Shown here piece by piece: positions 24,335 through 36,500 of a stretch of DNA of 64,000 nucleotides (position 1 is its first letter; every line of letters begins with the position of its first letter). The stretch covers positions 9,858,001-9,922,000 of the forward strand of contig CDPCPM010000011.1 of NCBI GenBank assembly GCA_976551045.1. The letters are read 5' to 3'. Origin of the DNA: Glaucostegus cemiculus. Taxonomy: Eukaryota. The position numbers were made by a program, and so were the translations under genes. The notes under the pieces were generated by a model. The model searched no databases, had not been told where the DNA came from, and worked only from the letters and a program-made list of their open reading frames with translations.

Positions 24335-27257
24335 CATAGAACAATAGAACAATACAGCACAGAACAGGCCCTTCGGCCCATCAAGCTGTGCCATCCTACA
24401 AACATCTCCCAAACTAACTCTTTCCACCCTCATATCCTACTATTCCACATTCTTCCATGTGCTTATCTAACAATCTCTTAAACCTGTCCAACGTATCTAC
24501 CTCCACTACCACCCCAGGCAGTGCATTCCATGCACCAACCACTCTCTGGGTGAAAAACTTCCCTCTGACATCTCCCCTATACTTTTCACCTATTATCTTA
24601 AAGGCATGCCCTCTCGTCTTGCGCATCTGCGCTCTGGGAAAGAGGCGCTGACTATTAACTCTATCTATTCCTCTCAATATCTTAAACACCTCTATCAAGT
24701 CCCCTCTCATCCTCCTCCTCTCTAATGAGTAGAGCCCTAACACCTTAAGCCTCTCTTTATATTCCATACCCTCCAATCCAGGCATCATCCTGGTAAAACG
24801 CCTCTGCACCCTCTCCAACGCCTCCACATCCTTCCTATAATGCGGCGACCAAAACTGAACACAATATTCCAAGTGCGGCCTAACTAGAGTTTTGTAAAGC
24901 AGCATCATCACCTCTCTGCTCTTGAACTCAATCCCTTTATTTATAAAAGCCAACATCCCATAAGCCTTCTTAACAGCCCTATCCACCTGCGAGGCAACTT
25001 TGAGCGAACTGTGGATATGAACCCCCAGATCCCTCTGCTCCTCTACACTGCCAAGAACCTTACCATTTACCTTATACTCTGTCCTGGAGTTTGTCCTCCC
25101 AAAGTGCACCACCTCACACTTCTCCGGATTAAACTCCATCTGCCACCTATCAGCCCATTTCTGCATCCTATCAATATCCCCCTGTAAGCTCCTACAGTCC
25201 TCCACACTATCTACCACACCACCGATCTTGGTGTCATCTGCAAACTTACCAACCCATCCCTCCACTCCTTCATCCAAATCATCTATGAATATAACAAAGA
25301 GTAGAGGCCCCAGAACCGATCCCTGCGGGACTCCACTAGTCACAGCCCTCCAATCCGAGGGCACTCCCTCCACCATAACCCTCTGCCTTCTACAGGAAAG
25401 CCAATTTCTTATCCACACAGCCAACCTCCCCTGGATACCTCGACCTCTGACCTTCTGAAGAAGCCTGCCATGAGGAACCTTATCGAACGCCTTACTAAAA
25501 TCCATATACACTACATCCACCGCCCTGCCCTCATCAAGCTTCCTCGTCACCTCCTCAAAGAACTCTATCAGGCTCGTGAGGCAAGATCTTCCCTTCACAA
25601 AGCCATGCTGACTGTCCCTAATCAGTCCATGACTCTCCAAGTGCTCATAGATCCTGTCCCTCAAAATCCTTTCCAACAGCTTACCTACCACAGACGTGAG
25701 GCTCACCGGTCTGTAATTTCCCGGACTATCTCTACTGCCCTTCTTAAACAAGGGAACAATATCCGCTACTCGCCAATCCTCCGGCACCATCCCCGTGGAC
25801 AACGAGGACTCAAAGATCCTCACCAGCGGATCAACAATCTCCTCCCTCGCCTCCCGAAGCAGCCTGGGGAATATTCCATCGGGCCCCGGAGACTTATCAG
25901 TCTTGATACTACTTAACAATTTCATCACCTCCTCCCTCTCTATAGCTACATACTCAAGAATATTACCCTTGTCAGCACTCACTGTCACATCATCAAGGCC
26001 CCTCTCCTTGGTGAATACAGAGGAGAAGTATTCATTAAGTACCTCCCCTACCTCTGCCGCCTCCAGGCACATCCTCCCACCTTTGTCCTTAATAGGCCCT
26101 ACCTTTGCCCTAGTCATCCTTCTGCCCTTCACATAAGAGAAAAAAGCCTTGGGATTTTCCTTAACCCTATGAGCCAACATCTTTTCATGTCCCCTTCTAG
26201 CTCTCCTCAGCTCTTTCTTAAGTTCCCTTCTCACTATACTATACTCCTCACGGGCCACATCAGAGCCTTGCCGCTTACACCTTACGTAAGCCTCCTTCTT
26301 CCTCCTAACCAGTCTTTCTACCTCTCTTGTCACCCACGGTTCCTTCACTATTCCATTCTTCCTCCGTCTTGCCGGAACATATCTGTCCCCAACATCCTGT
26401 AAAACATCCCTGAACAACGTCCACATCTCTACAGTACACATCCCCTCAAAAAGGACTTCCCAATTTACACTCCCAAGCTCTTTCCTTATAGCCTCATAGT
26501 CTGCCCTACCCCAATTGAATATCTTCCTACGCTCCCTGCACTTATGCCTGTCCATGACAATTCTAAAGCTTATCGAGGAATGATCACTGTCTCCCAGAGG
26601 CTCACCCACTAGTAGATCTCTCACCTGTCCCGGTTCATTTCCTAAGACCAGATCCAACACAGCATTCCCTCTAGTCGGTTTGTCAACATACTGCTCCAGA
26701 AATCCATCCTGGACACACTTAACAAACTCATTCCCATCCAAACCTCTGGCACTGAGCATGTCCCAGTCTATATTCGGGAAGTTGAAATCACCCATTATTA
26801 CAACCCTATTATCTTTGCTTCTGTCCAAGCACTGCCTGCCAATCTGCTCCTCTATATCCCTACTGCTACCTGGGGGCCTATAGTATACTCCCAGCAGCGT
26901 AACCACACTTTTCCTATTCCTCACTTCCACCCACACCGACTCGAAAGAGGATCCTTCCGCAAACTCAGCCCTTTCCGCAGCCGTAACATCATCTCTGACC
27001 AATATCGCCACCCCTCCTCCTCTTCTCCCCCCCTCCCTATCCTTTTTAAAACACTGAAAACCAGGAATGTTCAATACCCACTCCTGCCCTGACGACAGCC
27101 ACGTCTCAGTTATGGCTACAATATCATAATCCCCCATACCTATCCAAGCCCTCAATTCATCACCCTTATTCCTAACACTTCTCGCATTAAAGTAAACACA
27201 CTTTAACCCATCCAATTTAACCCTTTTATAGCCCTCATCCTGCCTCTCTCTCCCCAA
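24335..27257 (-). mobile_element. Young CR1-clade LINE, 5'-truncated at the start of ORF2 (no ORF1)
   Basis: Minus-strand 3' end reads ...tgggccgaagggcctgttctgtgctgtattgttctattgttctatg (CR1 3' hairpin plus ttctat repeats). It contains the 947-aa ORF. Composition shifts abruptly at both ends. Confidence 0.95.
24414..27257 (-). CDS. CR1 ORF2: apurinic-like endonuclease + reverse transcriptase, 947 codons, uninterrupted
   Basis: APE motifs YFNARS, ITETWL, GGGVA, YYRPP, GDFN, LDLV, SDH. RT motifs KSPGPDGI, NYRPVSLTS, QHGFVKGRSC, DFSKAFDKV, GVPQGSVLGP, FADD. The first codon is TTG, with an in-frame TGA just upstream in flanking DNA. Confidence 0.96.
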   Translation of the reverse strand: MGRERQDEGYKRVKLDGLKCVYFNARSVRNKGDELRAWIGMGDYDIVAITETWLSSGQEWVLNIPGFQCFKKDREGGRRGGGVAILVRDDVTAAERAEFAEGSSFESVWVEVRNRKSVVTLLGVYYRPPGSSRDIEEQIGRQCLDRSKDNRVVIMGDFNFPNIDWDMLSARGLDGNEFVKCVQDGFLEQYVDKPTRGNAVLDLVLGNEPGQVRDLLVGEPLGDSDHSSISFRIVMDRHKCRERRKIFNWGRADYEAIRKELGSVNWEVLFEGMCTVEMWTLFRDVLQDVGDRYVPARRRKNGIVKEPWVTREVERLVRRKKEAYVRCKRQGSDVAREEYSIVRRELKKELRRARRGHEKMLAHRVKENPKAFFSYVKGRRMTRAKVGPIKDKGGRMCLEAAEVGEVLNEYFSSVFTKERGLDDVTVSADKGNILEYVAIEREEVMKLLSSIKTDKSPGPDGIFPRLLREAREEIVDPLVRIFESSLSTGMVPEDWRVADIVPLFKKGSRDSPGNYRPVSLTSVVGKLLERILRDRIYEHLESHGLIRDSQHGFVKGRSCLTSLIEFFEEVTRKLDEGRAVDVVYMDFSKAFDKVPHGRLLQKVRGRGIQGRLAVWIRNWLSCRRQRVMVEGVPSDWRAVTSGVPQGSVLGPLLFVIFIDDLDEGVEGWVGKFADDTKIGGVVDSVEDCRSLQGDIDRMQKWADRWQMEFNPEKCEVVHFGRTNSRTEYKVNGKVLGSVEEQRDLGVHIHSSLKVASQVDRAVKKAYGMLAFINKGIEFKSREVMMLLYKTLVRPHLEYCVQFWSPHYRKDVEALERVQRRFTRMMPGLEGMEYKERLKVLGLYSLERRRMRGDLIEVFKILRGIDRVNSQRLFPRAQMRKTRGHAFKIIGEKYRGDVRGKFFTQRVVGAWNALPGVVVEVDTLDRFKRLLDKHMEECGIVGYEGGKS

Positions 27258-27319
27258 ATTTCAATGACTCCGGGACTCCATTCCTAGTACTGTAGTTGGC
27301 ACTTAATTGATCCCTTCAA

Positions 27320-28070
27320 AAGCAGAGGAAGCCAATCTGTTCGACCAAGACAACAGCTACAGTCAATTACAGTAATAATGGACCACCGTCAGCATTGACC
27401 AAGGAACAAGAATCGACCGGGATGGCAGTGCACCCAACTCAGTTGACCCTGCAAAATGCTCTTTTCAGACCTCCAGGAACTTGTGTCAGAATTAGAAAAG
27501 CCTTTTCCACAGACTTGTCAAGCAAGTCAGACATGATCCTACTCTCAGAATCATTCCAGGACCTTTCAGCTAGTATTCCAGACTCTTCCAGTACCATCCT
27601 TGGGCATGTCCTCTGAACAGTGGAATCAGAGGTGATGTGGTAATGGTACATTCAGGAGAGAAGGACTATATTAGTCCCCAGCGTGCCTCCAAACCTGTGA
27701 AGTTTCATGGCATTGGATGACATATGACCAAGAAAACTTCTTGCTACCCTCCTTGAGAGACAGTCATACAGCATAGATACAGGTCCTCTGGCCCAACATG
27801 TACATGCTGACCATCAAAAACCTATCCCATTCCCAACACTTGAATGGCCTTCAAAAGGCGCAACTTAAGTGTCGTGAGAATACTTGCCTCCACCACCCCT
27901 TCAGGCACTATGCTCCTTTGCTTAATGAATCTGTACACTTACTTGATGAACAACACTTGTATAAAACAATAGTGGCAGAAAGGGTTGGGAACTTTCATGT
28001 CCAGAACCAAAAGGGATTACATTACTCCAAGACAGCCAAACCAGCTATCATGAAAGACAGGATTTAAATG
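27320..28070 (+). mobile_element. Old non-LTR (CR1-clade) endonuclease remnant with a small antisense CR1 tail inserted at about 27757-27908
   Basis: Broken translation FHRLVKQ-SDMILLSESF..IPDSSSTILGHVL and ESVHLLDEQHL..VGNFHVQ resembles APE motifs (DI..LTES, GDFN). Confidence 0.6.
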
Positions 28071-28119
28071 TTTTTTAACTGTTGCTATCCTTTATTTATT
28101 TCTTTTACTCAAAATTGAA

Positions 28120-28700
28120 ATTGCTAGAAGTGCTCAGCAGGTTAGGCAGCATCCATGGAGAAAGTTAACATTTCAGGTTGATAATCTTTCATCAGAACTA
28201 GGAAAGGTTAGAAAATATGCATGTTTTAAATTGCAGAGAAGGTGAGAGAGGAGAACCATGGGAGTGATGGGCTGGAGACCAAGAAAGAAGGAATGATGTA
28301 AATAATGGTGGTGTGGGCTGAGAAGGTAGTGAAGGTTTGTTGGTTGCAACTGATCTATCTAGAGGAGAAATAGATAGAGGTAGATGAACAAGAATGCAGA
28401 AGAGAGAAAATAAGCTCTGCTGGAACTGCTTTGTACAGGACAAAGTTTTTGCTAGGCATCTGAAGTTGAGGAGAATGCTTGTCAGCTGGCATCTCTGGGG
28501 GGAGAAAGTTCAAAGTTTGGAGCACAGAGTGATGACCTTGTAACAGAACAAGCTCATTCTGATGGAAAGTAAAAGCTACTTGTCTGAAATTGTAAAATTC
28601 ATGATGGTAATGTGAGAAGCTGTTCCTTTCATCAGTTTCTTAAGTCTGTTTCTCTCTCCACGGATGCTGCCTGACTGAGTATTTCCAGTGTTTTCTGCTT
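28120..28700 (-). mobile_element. Penelope-derived element with inverted termini
   Basis: Minus-strand terminus at 28120-28200 and plus-strand terminus tctccacggatgctgcctgactgagtatttccag at 28645-28700. Confidence 0.7.
28163..28199 (-). ncRNA. Partly decayed minimal hammerhead motif in a Penelope-derived terminus
   Basis: Minus strand AGTT-CTGATGA-A-AGATTATCAACCT-GAAA-T-GTT-AACT. Cores are intact, stem II has one mismatch, and ACGT has become ATGT by CpG decay. Confidence 0.55.
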
Positions 28701-30094
28701 AATGGGAGCAATTGAAGTCATTAGGAAGGTGGAACGAAACACTGGCGATGAGGTGAATGGACCAGCAGGGGAAGTGAAGCAGTCAGAAATATCGCATTTG
28801 TGTTTTTTAAACTTGACTGAAATTATCAGTGTCTGACTACGTATGACTACAATAAAATGTGTTTGTTGTGATTGTCCCTCAGAAGTAGTTTGGAGTGTAA
28901 ATCTGACCCCACTGCAAAAACGGTATGTACCACTTGTCCTGCCCTTAATATTCTGATTCTTCCAGCTACATGTTCTGAATTCTTTTACTTGATTTTTTTT
29001 TTGTGCATTTACCCCACCAGTGGTAGATGAGCTGAAGTCCCCTGCCACTCTAATTCCTGTTTCTCTTTTAAAATTCTCCTTAAACCCAAGTCATTGACCA
29101 AACTTTCCATTCTCCTTTGGCTATGGATTCATTTTAATAGTGCAAAGGAAATGCAAGTCATCAGTGTTGTACAGTTCCAGAAAATGTGACAGCTTCGTTT
29201 CTACAATCATGATTTTCTTCTTGCCATATTTCTTTATTTCGTGACATTAACTTGGATTTAAAGCAGAAAATGCAGGAAACAGCTGGTTGGGCAGCGTGGA
29301 AAGTGAAACCAAGTTTGCACTTTAAGTTGAAAGCCTATGGTTAGAATGAAGACCCTTCAGCGATTTCAGATTTTTAGCGTCTGCAGTTTTGCTTTGATTT
29401 TTATTAGCTTAGATTGCTTATTGTATTGCAATTTTAATTATTCCTGAAAATGTACATTTGTGTAAATTAACAGATACTGCAAGAATTGTTATGACTCCAG
29501 TTACTTTAACCTGTATTGTTTTATTGTTGTGCAATATAAGATCTTGGTTCTTCCAAAGTGTTCACATTTCATTTTGAATTGATAACATAAAATTGTTCCA
29601 CTGAGCTTGGGCAGCCTGCTGCAACAATGGCTTGCTGTGCCGATATGCTGCCTCATCAGTAACAAGGTGGACACTTAGTCTCATGCTGGCATTTTAGTGC
29701 TCGCTTGGTCAACACAGCAGTTTAGAGGTGGGAACCCAAGTAAGTTATTTGCTGCTTGAATACCTCCTTGTTGGCATAATAATTACCTCTTTAACATGGA
29801 AGAAAGTGCTGATGGATTCGATGGGTATAACTGGAGTTGCGGTTGGGGACTGAGGTACGGATGGAACCCCAAAACATGGGTTCCTGTCACTGTTTGCTGT
29901 GTAACTCTTGTGATCAACAGTAAATTAACTGAATTTAAAATTGTCATTTATTGTAGTTGATAAGCAGATTCCAGGAGAAAGGACAATTGCAGAATTACCT
30001 TAAAGCAATTTAAGAAATAGTATAAAATGTCAAGATTCTAGAAATCAGCAGATTTTGACCTGTTCAGTAACTGTAATGCAGACAGGTCTAACAC

Positions 30095-30720
30095 AACAAC
30101 AACAGCTTGAGCTTGTATTGCATTTTTTACTACAGCGAACTTTTCAAGGCATTTTATAGGTGCATCATCAGACTAATTTCCAAAAGGAAAATACTGCAGA
30201 TCTAGGAAATCAAGTGTGGAAACAGTGTTGGAAATACTCAGCAAGTCAGGCAGCATCTGTAGAGAGAGAAACAGTCAATGGTTGGTGAAATTTATTGATG
30301 TGAACCATTAACTCTTTCTCTTTGCAGAGATGCTTCACAACCACCCAGGTATTTCCAGCATTCTATGTTTATTTCATCATCAGACAAATTTTGACACTGG
30401 GCCACATTGGAAGGATGTGAGGTCAGATGAGTAAATTTTTGGCCAAGATAGGTTTTAAGCAGCCTCTTAAAAGTGGAAACCGAGGCAGTGAGGTGGAGGT
30501 TGAGGGACTCAACTCAAGAGCATGGAGCTTGCCAGTGGAAGTCACTGTTGGCAGTGGAGTGGTTTCATTTGGAGATGGGAAAGAAGGCAGAATTAAGTGA
30601 CGGCAGATAACTGGGAGAGCTTTAGACCTAGAGAAGATTACAAGTACGAGTAGGGTATGGCCACGGAGAAATATGAGGAATAAAATGGGAATTTTGAAAT
30701 TAAGGCATTGCTTAACTTGT
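30095..30720 (-). mobile_element. L2-like LINE 3' end interrupted by a palindromic Penelope derivative (about 30180-30375)
   Basis: catcatcagac occurs on both sides of the insert (30163-30173 and 30375-30385), consistent with a target duplication. L2-like tail sequence flanks it. Confidence 0.6.
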
Positions 30721-31819
30721 GCAGAAGGCTGACAGAAAAAATGTTGAAATAATTAAATTTAGACACAAGCTCTTCTTGTACTGCACAATGATTGCAATTC
30801 ACTTGGGGAATATATAACCAAATGAAATGTATTTAGATTGCAGATGAAATTTTCATTTGCATTAAGTTAATTTCTCTGAGTATGCGTTGACCTGAGATGA
30901 TTAAAATTTGTTGGTTCTTGGAGAAATGTTGTATGCTTTTATTCAAGCCAGTTAAACCATTCAATCATTGTTTGACTCAATAAAGTGAAACTCTGAATAC
31001 TGTGTCTAAATCAAACTTGCCTACTATAGTACTATCCTTGAGCTGCAAATAAAGCAGTGGTAATTATTTGATCTGTAAATATTTGCTCTTTTAATATCTA
31101 TCAGTACTTTGCATAAATGGAACCTTAAAGAAAAATGTATATCAAGTTCTTTGAGCTAATGCATCATATTTCTTGGAAGGAGATTTTATGTCCTGATTAC
31201 TGAACTTGCACAAATTTGTTCAATACAGTCCATTTCTAAAGAGCAAATTTATCTTTATGTAGTGTAGTTATGATTGCAAACTCTCAAAGTGCTCGACGCA
31301 ATTAATCATTTATTTTGAAGTCTCATTCACAGTTGTAGTTTAAGAACATGGGTACTTTGTCACCCCAAGATCCCACAACCAGTAATGCATTGGGCAGATC
31401 ATCTGTGGAGTTGGCTGAGGGATGTATTTTGTCCATGTAATCGGGGGTTTGTCTAGTCTTCTCTGGGGGAGGGGGGTGGTTGTGGGGGAGAGAAATGAGA
31501 TGGCACAAGAAACCTTCGTTTGAGGCCTTGTGCAGAAGATGCCATTTTCGATGGAACTCTTTCTCCCAGTACCTTGCTGATCTTTCAGCACAAATTATAT
31601 GCTAAAGCGACTGGAGTTGTCTTCAATCCACAGCGTGAGGTGGTCAAGGAAGAATCCTGCCAGTGAGGAAAGTTTCACCAACATCTTACGCACAAGGGAC
31701 AAAATCCTCCTAACATTTTCACCAAAAAGTATGGCATGTGTTTCATTTTCTACTTGTACACCTACTCATTGTTTTGAGTAAAATTAATTAGCAACATATG
31801 TGCTATTCCAAGTAAATTG

Positions 31820-32340
31820 TAATGGGTGCTTCAGTGCAGAAGAACGTGCAGGTAACATTGACATTGGTCAGGTCGTGCTGCAAGCCAATGTATAGTGCAA
31901 TGTTTAGTTTATTCTCTATAAATCTGATAATTATCTTCCATCAGATCCACAAGCAAAGCTGGGGACTGCTTGTTCCAGTACAGTGAGTGCACCAGTGATG
32001 CACAAATCCCAATGCTGTGTGATATCCAATGGTTCCCACTGTGATAACTATGTATTTTTATATTACAAATAACTGTAAAGGCCGAGGTACATTCACCATG
32101 GTTGAACTGAAAGAGAGTACAGCACAGCATTAGTACTGCCTGCTTGTCTGCTTCAGGGAATGCATTATCAGTGTATCTATGCCACCACACTTCATCTTTT
32201 CTGCCAGGCTGAATTATGTCATCAGCATTCCTGAACACCAATAGGACAAAATTTGCTTTGTCTTGCATCCACATCTCGAGCTCCAGCATTTCCCTCCTTT
32301 AAGCTTTCTGCTGTTTTCTCTTTTAGTTTTTGCTTGCTTC
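31820..32340 (-). mobile_element. Possible L1 ORF1 remnant
   Basis: With one frameshift the minus strand reads LELEMW/ARQSKFCPIGVQE, resembling the ORF1 pattern DLENRSRRNN.RI.G.PE. Confidence 0.35.
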
Positions 32341-35144
32341 GCATCTACATCTGAATCTGTAATGTTTGGGAGCCTGCCTAATGCTTCTTGCTGTAAAGCA
32401 TTGTCAGATTCTGATACTGCTCCTCTGAAGTACTTCAGGAAATTTTACTACATTAAACAATGCTATGTAAATATAAGCTCTTGCTGATAAATAATTTCAC
32501 CTCAGAATCATGTGTAAAACAACTAATCCCAATAGAGCAAACAATGACAGCACCCCACATTTTGGAGGTCTAGTCAAACTTCAGTCCCGACTTCAGCTCC
32601 AGTTACACCCACTGAGTCCAACCAACAATTATACCCTGATATCCAGCACCCAATGGTGTGCACTTCTCACTTCACTGATAATGCCCAGCCATGACCATGA
32701 GGCAAAACAATACTATGAAAGGACGTTGTTGAGATGGAGGTTTGGGTTAATGTCATACATCCTGATGTGCTAAACAGGTCCTATTGCATCACATCATTGT
32801 ACTGTGACTCTTTTGTCCCTGGCTAGTTTTTGAACTAGTTTTCGACAGAGCTAACCAGACACCAAAGAGGTTCAGGTGTTAGCACAAGATAAGTTACTTT
32901 GCCAGCATTCTCCCTGTGTTGAATGGTCATGAATTTCATTTGTATGTAGCATTTTGGACGCATGCCCATGGAACTCTGCCTTCTGTGTGTGTTTTTTGAA
33001 GTCGAGAGTGTTTTTGTTGGACAAGTATGCATCATTGCTTATCAATATATCCAACATTCATTCCAATCCAAATATAACAAGGGCTGTAGATATTTTGGCA
33101 TTTACTTAATAATGCTGACATGTACTGGCAGAATTTTTTTTTCTCTCCAGAGCCAAGTGCAACAAATTCTCCAATAAGCGTTTGGAAGATTCACATCTTC
33201 CTGTTGTTAAGATGGCTGATCTACTGAAAGCAGACATTTTGGTCTCTGACATTCTAACTTTTGGCCAACTTGTATATTGCAGCTGATCAGTCTGGAGGAG
33301 CTGTAAAATAGGAGGAAATGAAAGGGGGCAGAGAAGAGGGGATAAAATCCAGAATAAAGATACGCTGGAACTGTGAGATAGGGTACTGCAGTTCCTGGAA
33401 ATCTCAACTAAAAGAGAATTCTAGAGCAGCATCTGTGGAGGGGGCAAACCTGAGTTAATGACAAACTTATGTCAGAACTGTTCACTTCTAATGCAAAGCA
33501 TTATACTGCCATACTTTGCACTGATTTCTGTTCACCCATTGCATTTGCATTATTGGCAAATCTGTCCTCTTTAGTTAGTTTCTGATCTTAAAACCCAGGG
33601 CATTGAATGTGACAAGTCAGAAAGGAAAACACCCAGGGTTCACCTGCAATAACCAGACACGCAAAGTCCTACGAGCTTGTTTGTTGATGAAAGATATTAA
33701 ATTAAAAAATAATAACAATCTGAAATCAGGCAAAGGATTGTGCCCTCCCTACTGGGTAGTCCCATGTTCTTCTACTTAATGCAACAAATAGTATGGTCAC
33801 TTGGCTGACAATCTCACCTTTCGTCTCACTATAGTCTTTCACTGGGGCTGTATGTTGGTTGATTGTCCAGATCTGTCTTTGGCAGTAGATGGCCTGCTTG
33901 GGAAGAAGATATTTTGAGGACCTAATGACAAGATAACTCTTCATTTTCTAGGGCTGTTCTGCTATTCACTGATATCATTGACTGATCTGTGATCCAGCTC
34001 CAAATAGATATATTTTCCCCACCTTCCCTGTTGCAAAAAATCTTATGAATTTTGGATTTTAAGTTGATTCTTAGCTTAATGTCACTTCCCACTTACTGAA
34101 GAGAGTTCCAAACGTTGACCTTCCTATGCATTTAAAAGTATTTCCTAATACCAGTTCAGAAATGCCTCTCATCTTCAGACCGCTTCCACTAGTTATGAAC
34201 TCTCCAACCCATGGGAATCATTTCTTTTCATCTACCCTAACACTTGCCCCTTAACTCTTTGACAACTTCAGTCTAACTGCATTATAACCATACACTCACA
34301 GGCACTGTCCTTGTGTTTCTGCACATGAATAGTGAGGAAATCTTGTGTTAATGAAAGTTATAGGAATTGGATGCTGGGCTGGCCTGTTATATGGACACTA
34401 TCAATGAAGTTCTGGGGAACCTTTCATTTTGTTACTGGGTTTCTAGGGGAAAATGACACAAGCTGTTTGCCTCATCATTAACAATTTGATTGACATTATT
34501 GAAGTTCCCCTTGGGAACTTGAAGATCTGGCATAGAAATTCAGGGGCTTGGTTGATGTTGATGGTCGTCAGCAATTCTAACTGTGCTGGAGGTTAACTTA
34601 TGCCAGAATCAAGGGAGAAGCCACTTCTGTCACTGGCCCCTTGTTGAAATGGAACCTGCAATGGCAGTTTCCTTTGAAATTCTCAGCTGGATTTGCCTGC
34701 ATCTTTAGGTGTAGAAATCACAAAACGCATATTCTGCTACGAGTGCATCTCCCGTTCATCCTTCCTCCCAGAACATCTATCCTCCTTTAAGTCAGGCAAA
34801 AAATAAATGCCCTTTATTTATGCAACAAATCTGGGTTTTAGATTGCAGCAGACATTTATTTCAGCCAATACTCTGGGACACAAACAACAAACATTTTCTT
34901 TAAAAAAGCTTCACTTTGAACTATGGTAAACCTTAATTTAAAATACACATGGAAATTAAAAATGCAGTTTTTCCCTTCTGTAAACACTTGTCAGTGTAGT
35001 AGACTGTGTTTGACCTTTAACAACCATTTCCTATAATTAAACAGAGTACACACTCCCAGGGAAAATGAAGAAACCCCATCTATTTTGCATGTGTACAATA
35101 GAAGAAACTTGTCTAAAATTTCTAGACTATTCTCTGTGTACATG

Positions 35145-36500
35145 TTAGGAGGTTGCACAGGATGAACCAAAGTTCTTTAAAGCCAATGAAATATTTGCTG
35201 TATGTAACCACTGAGGCAGTATAGGAGTAATTATTGAATTATTGACTGCATCAATCAATGAGTTGGTGATAATATAATCTACTTTAGACCAACCACAGAG
35301 AGCTGGAAAACTATTTAAAGAATGGAGGAAACAGGAACTACCGAAACTTCTACCAATAAAAACAGGGTAATATATCCAGAAAAATGCTCTGAGTGGAGGA
35401 TGGTTGTACATTATGTGCATAAAATTAAGCTCAGTTCCAAACTTGTTTGACAGCGAGATTACTTGGTCATCTACTCCAACTGATTTGCAGTCTGTCCATT
35501 GAGTGCAGCCTTCCCACAAACAGTGATGTGATAAGACCAGATAAGCATTAAGGGATAAAACATTGGATAGGATGCAGGTGATAATTCTACTGCATTCTGA
35601 ATTAGTTCCATAAGGACGTTTTACTCCAACCTGGGCAGCTGGGACTTTGGTTTTTGTCTCACTGAAAGAAGTCACCTTCAGTGGTAAAGACCATCCTCAT
35701 TGCTGCAGTACCTTCACTGTAGCAAAGTGCTTTGAACTGACAGAGAAAGGAGTGAGGTAGGCAGGAGTGTGGACTTGGTCAGATGATGAAATGAAAATTA
35801 CACTTATTAATTAAATCTCTTCTCATTTGGTGTATAAGCAGGAGGAAATCGGCCAAATTCATTGAAAGTGACAACTGGGAAGGTACCTTTTTGTCCTCAC
35901 AAACTGCTTCTGAGTGGATGGCTGCCTTTTAGAGTGTGCAGCCAAATTGTACTTGTGGGTGCAATAAACTGGGAAAACAGCCTTCAGCATTGATAACATA
36001 ACCTGATAGAAAGGATCAAACCTCTAAAGTAGGTTATCTTAAGCCAATAAACTGGTATTTTATTACACTCACGTTACTAGAACTCTGCCTAGGAAAGGAA
36101 ATATGACACTCCTCCACCTCTGCCACACAGACCCAAATTACAATTTTCTGTTGCAATGAGTTAAATGAACTACAAAGAAAATTGTTTTCAGAGATTGAGA
36201 GCAACTGCTCATTGCTCTCCAGGGGCCATCTGCAGTGTTTCCGTGCCCTGCGAGTGAGGAGCCAAGGGCAAGTGTGCAGGACATGCTCATGAGAGAAAAA
36301 ATTGCATACACGACAATAAATCAGCAAACAAGGACTAAACAACACCATGCATGACTCTTGAAATATTGCTGGTTGAAATCTACTGCTAGACTGCATACTG
36401 TCAGGCATAGGGCTTCCAGGATTCCAGAAGGGCATTTCCTGGCTTGACTAGGTCACTTGATCCCTGACTCTCCATCAGCAGATCAATGCTTTCTTTGGAG
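35145..36500 (-). mobile_element. Ancient L1/Tx1-like remnant (ORF1-like about 36200-36470, endonuclease-like about 35180-35340)
   Basis: CFLHSLNSF..WSKVDYIITNSLIDAVNNSIITPI resembles the L1 EN pattern F.S..H.S.SRIDY. AHLPLAPHSQG resembles the ORF1 pattern RAHR.L.P. Heavily decayed. Confidence 0.4.

Noticed and set aside
24457-26883. Plus-strand ORFs overlapping the CR1
   Set aside because: Antisense shadows of ORF2. The same applies to plus-strand ORFs at 60372-62367.
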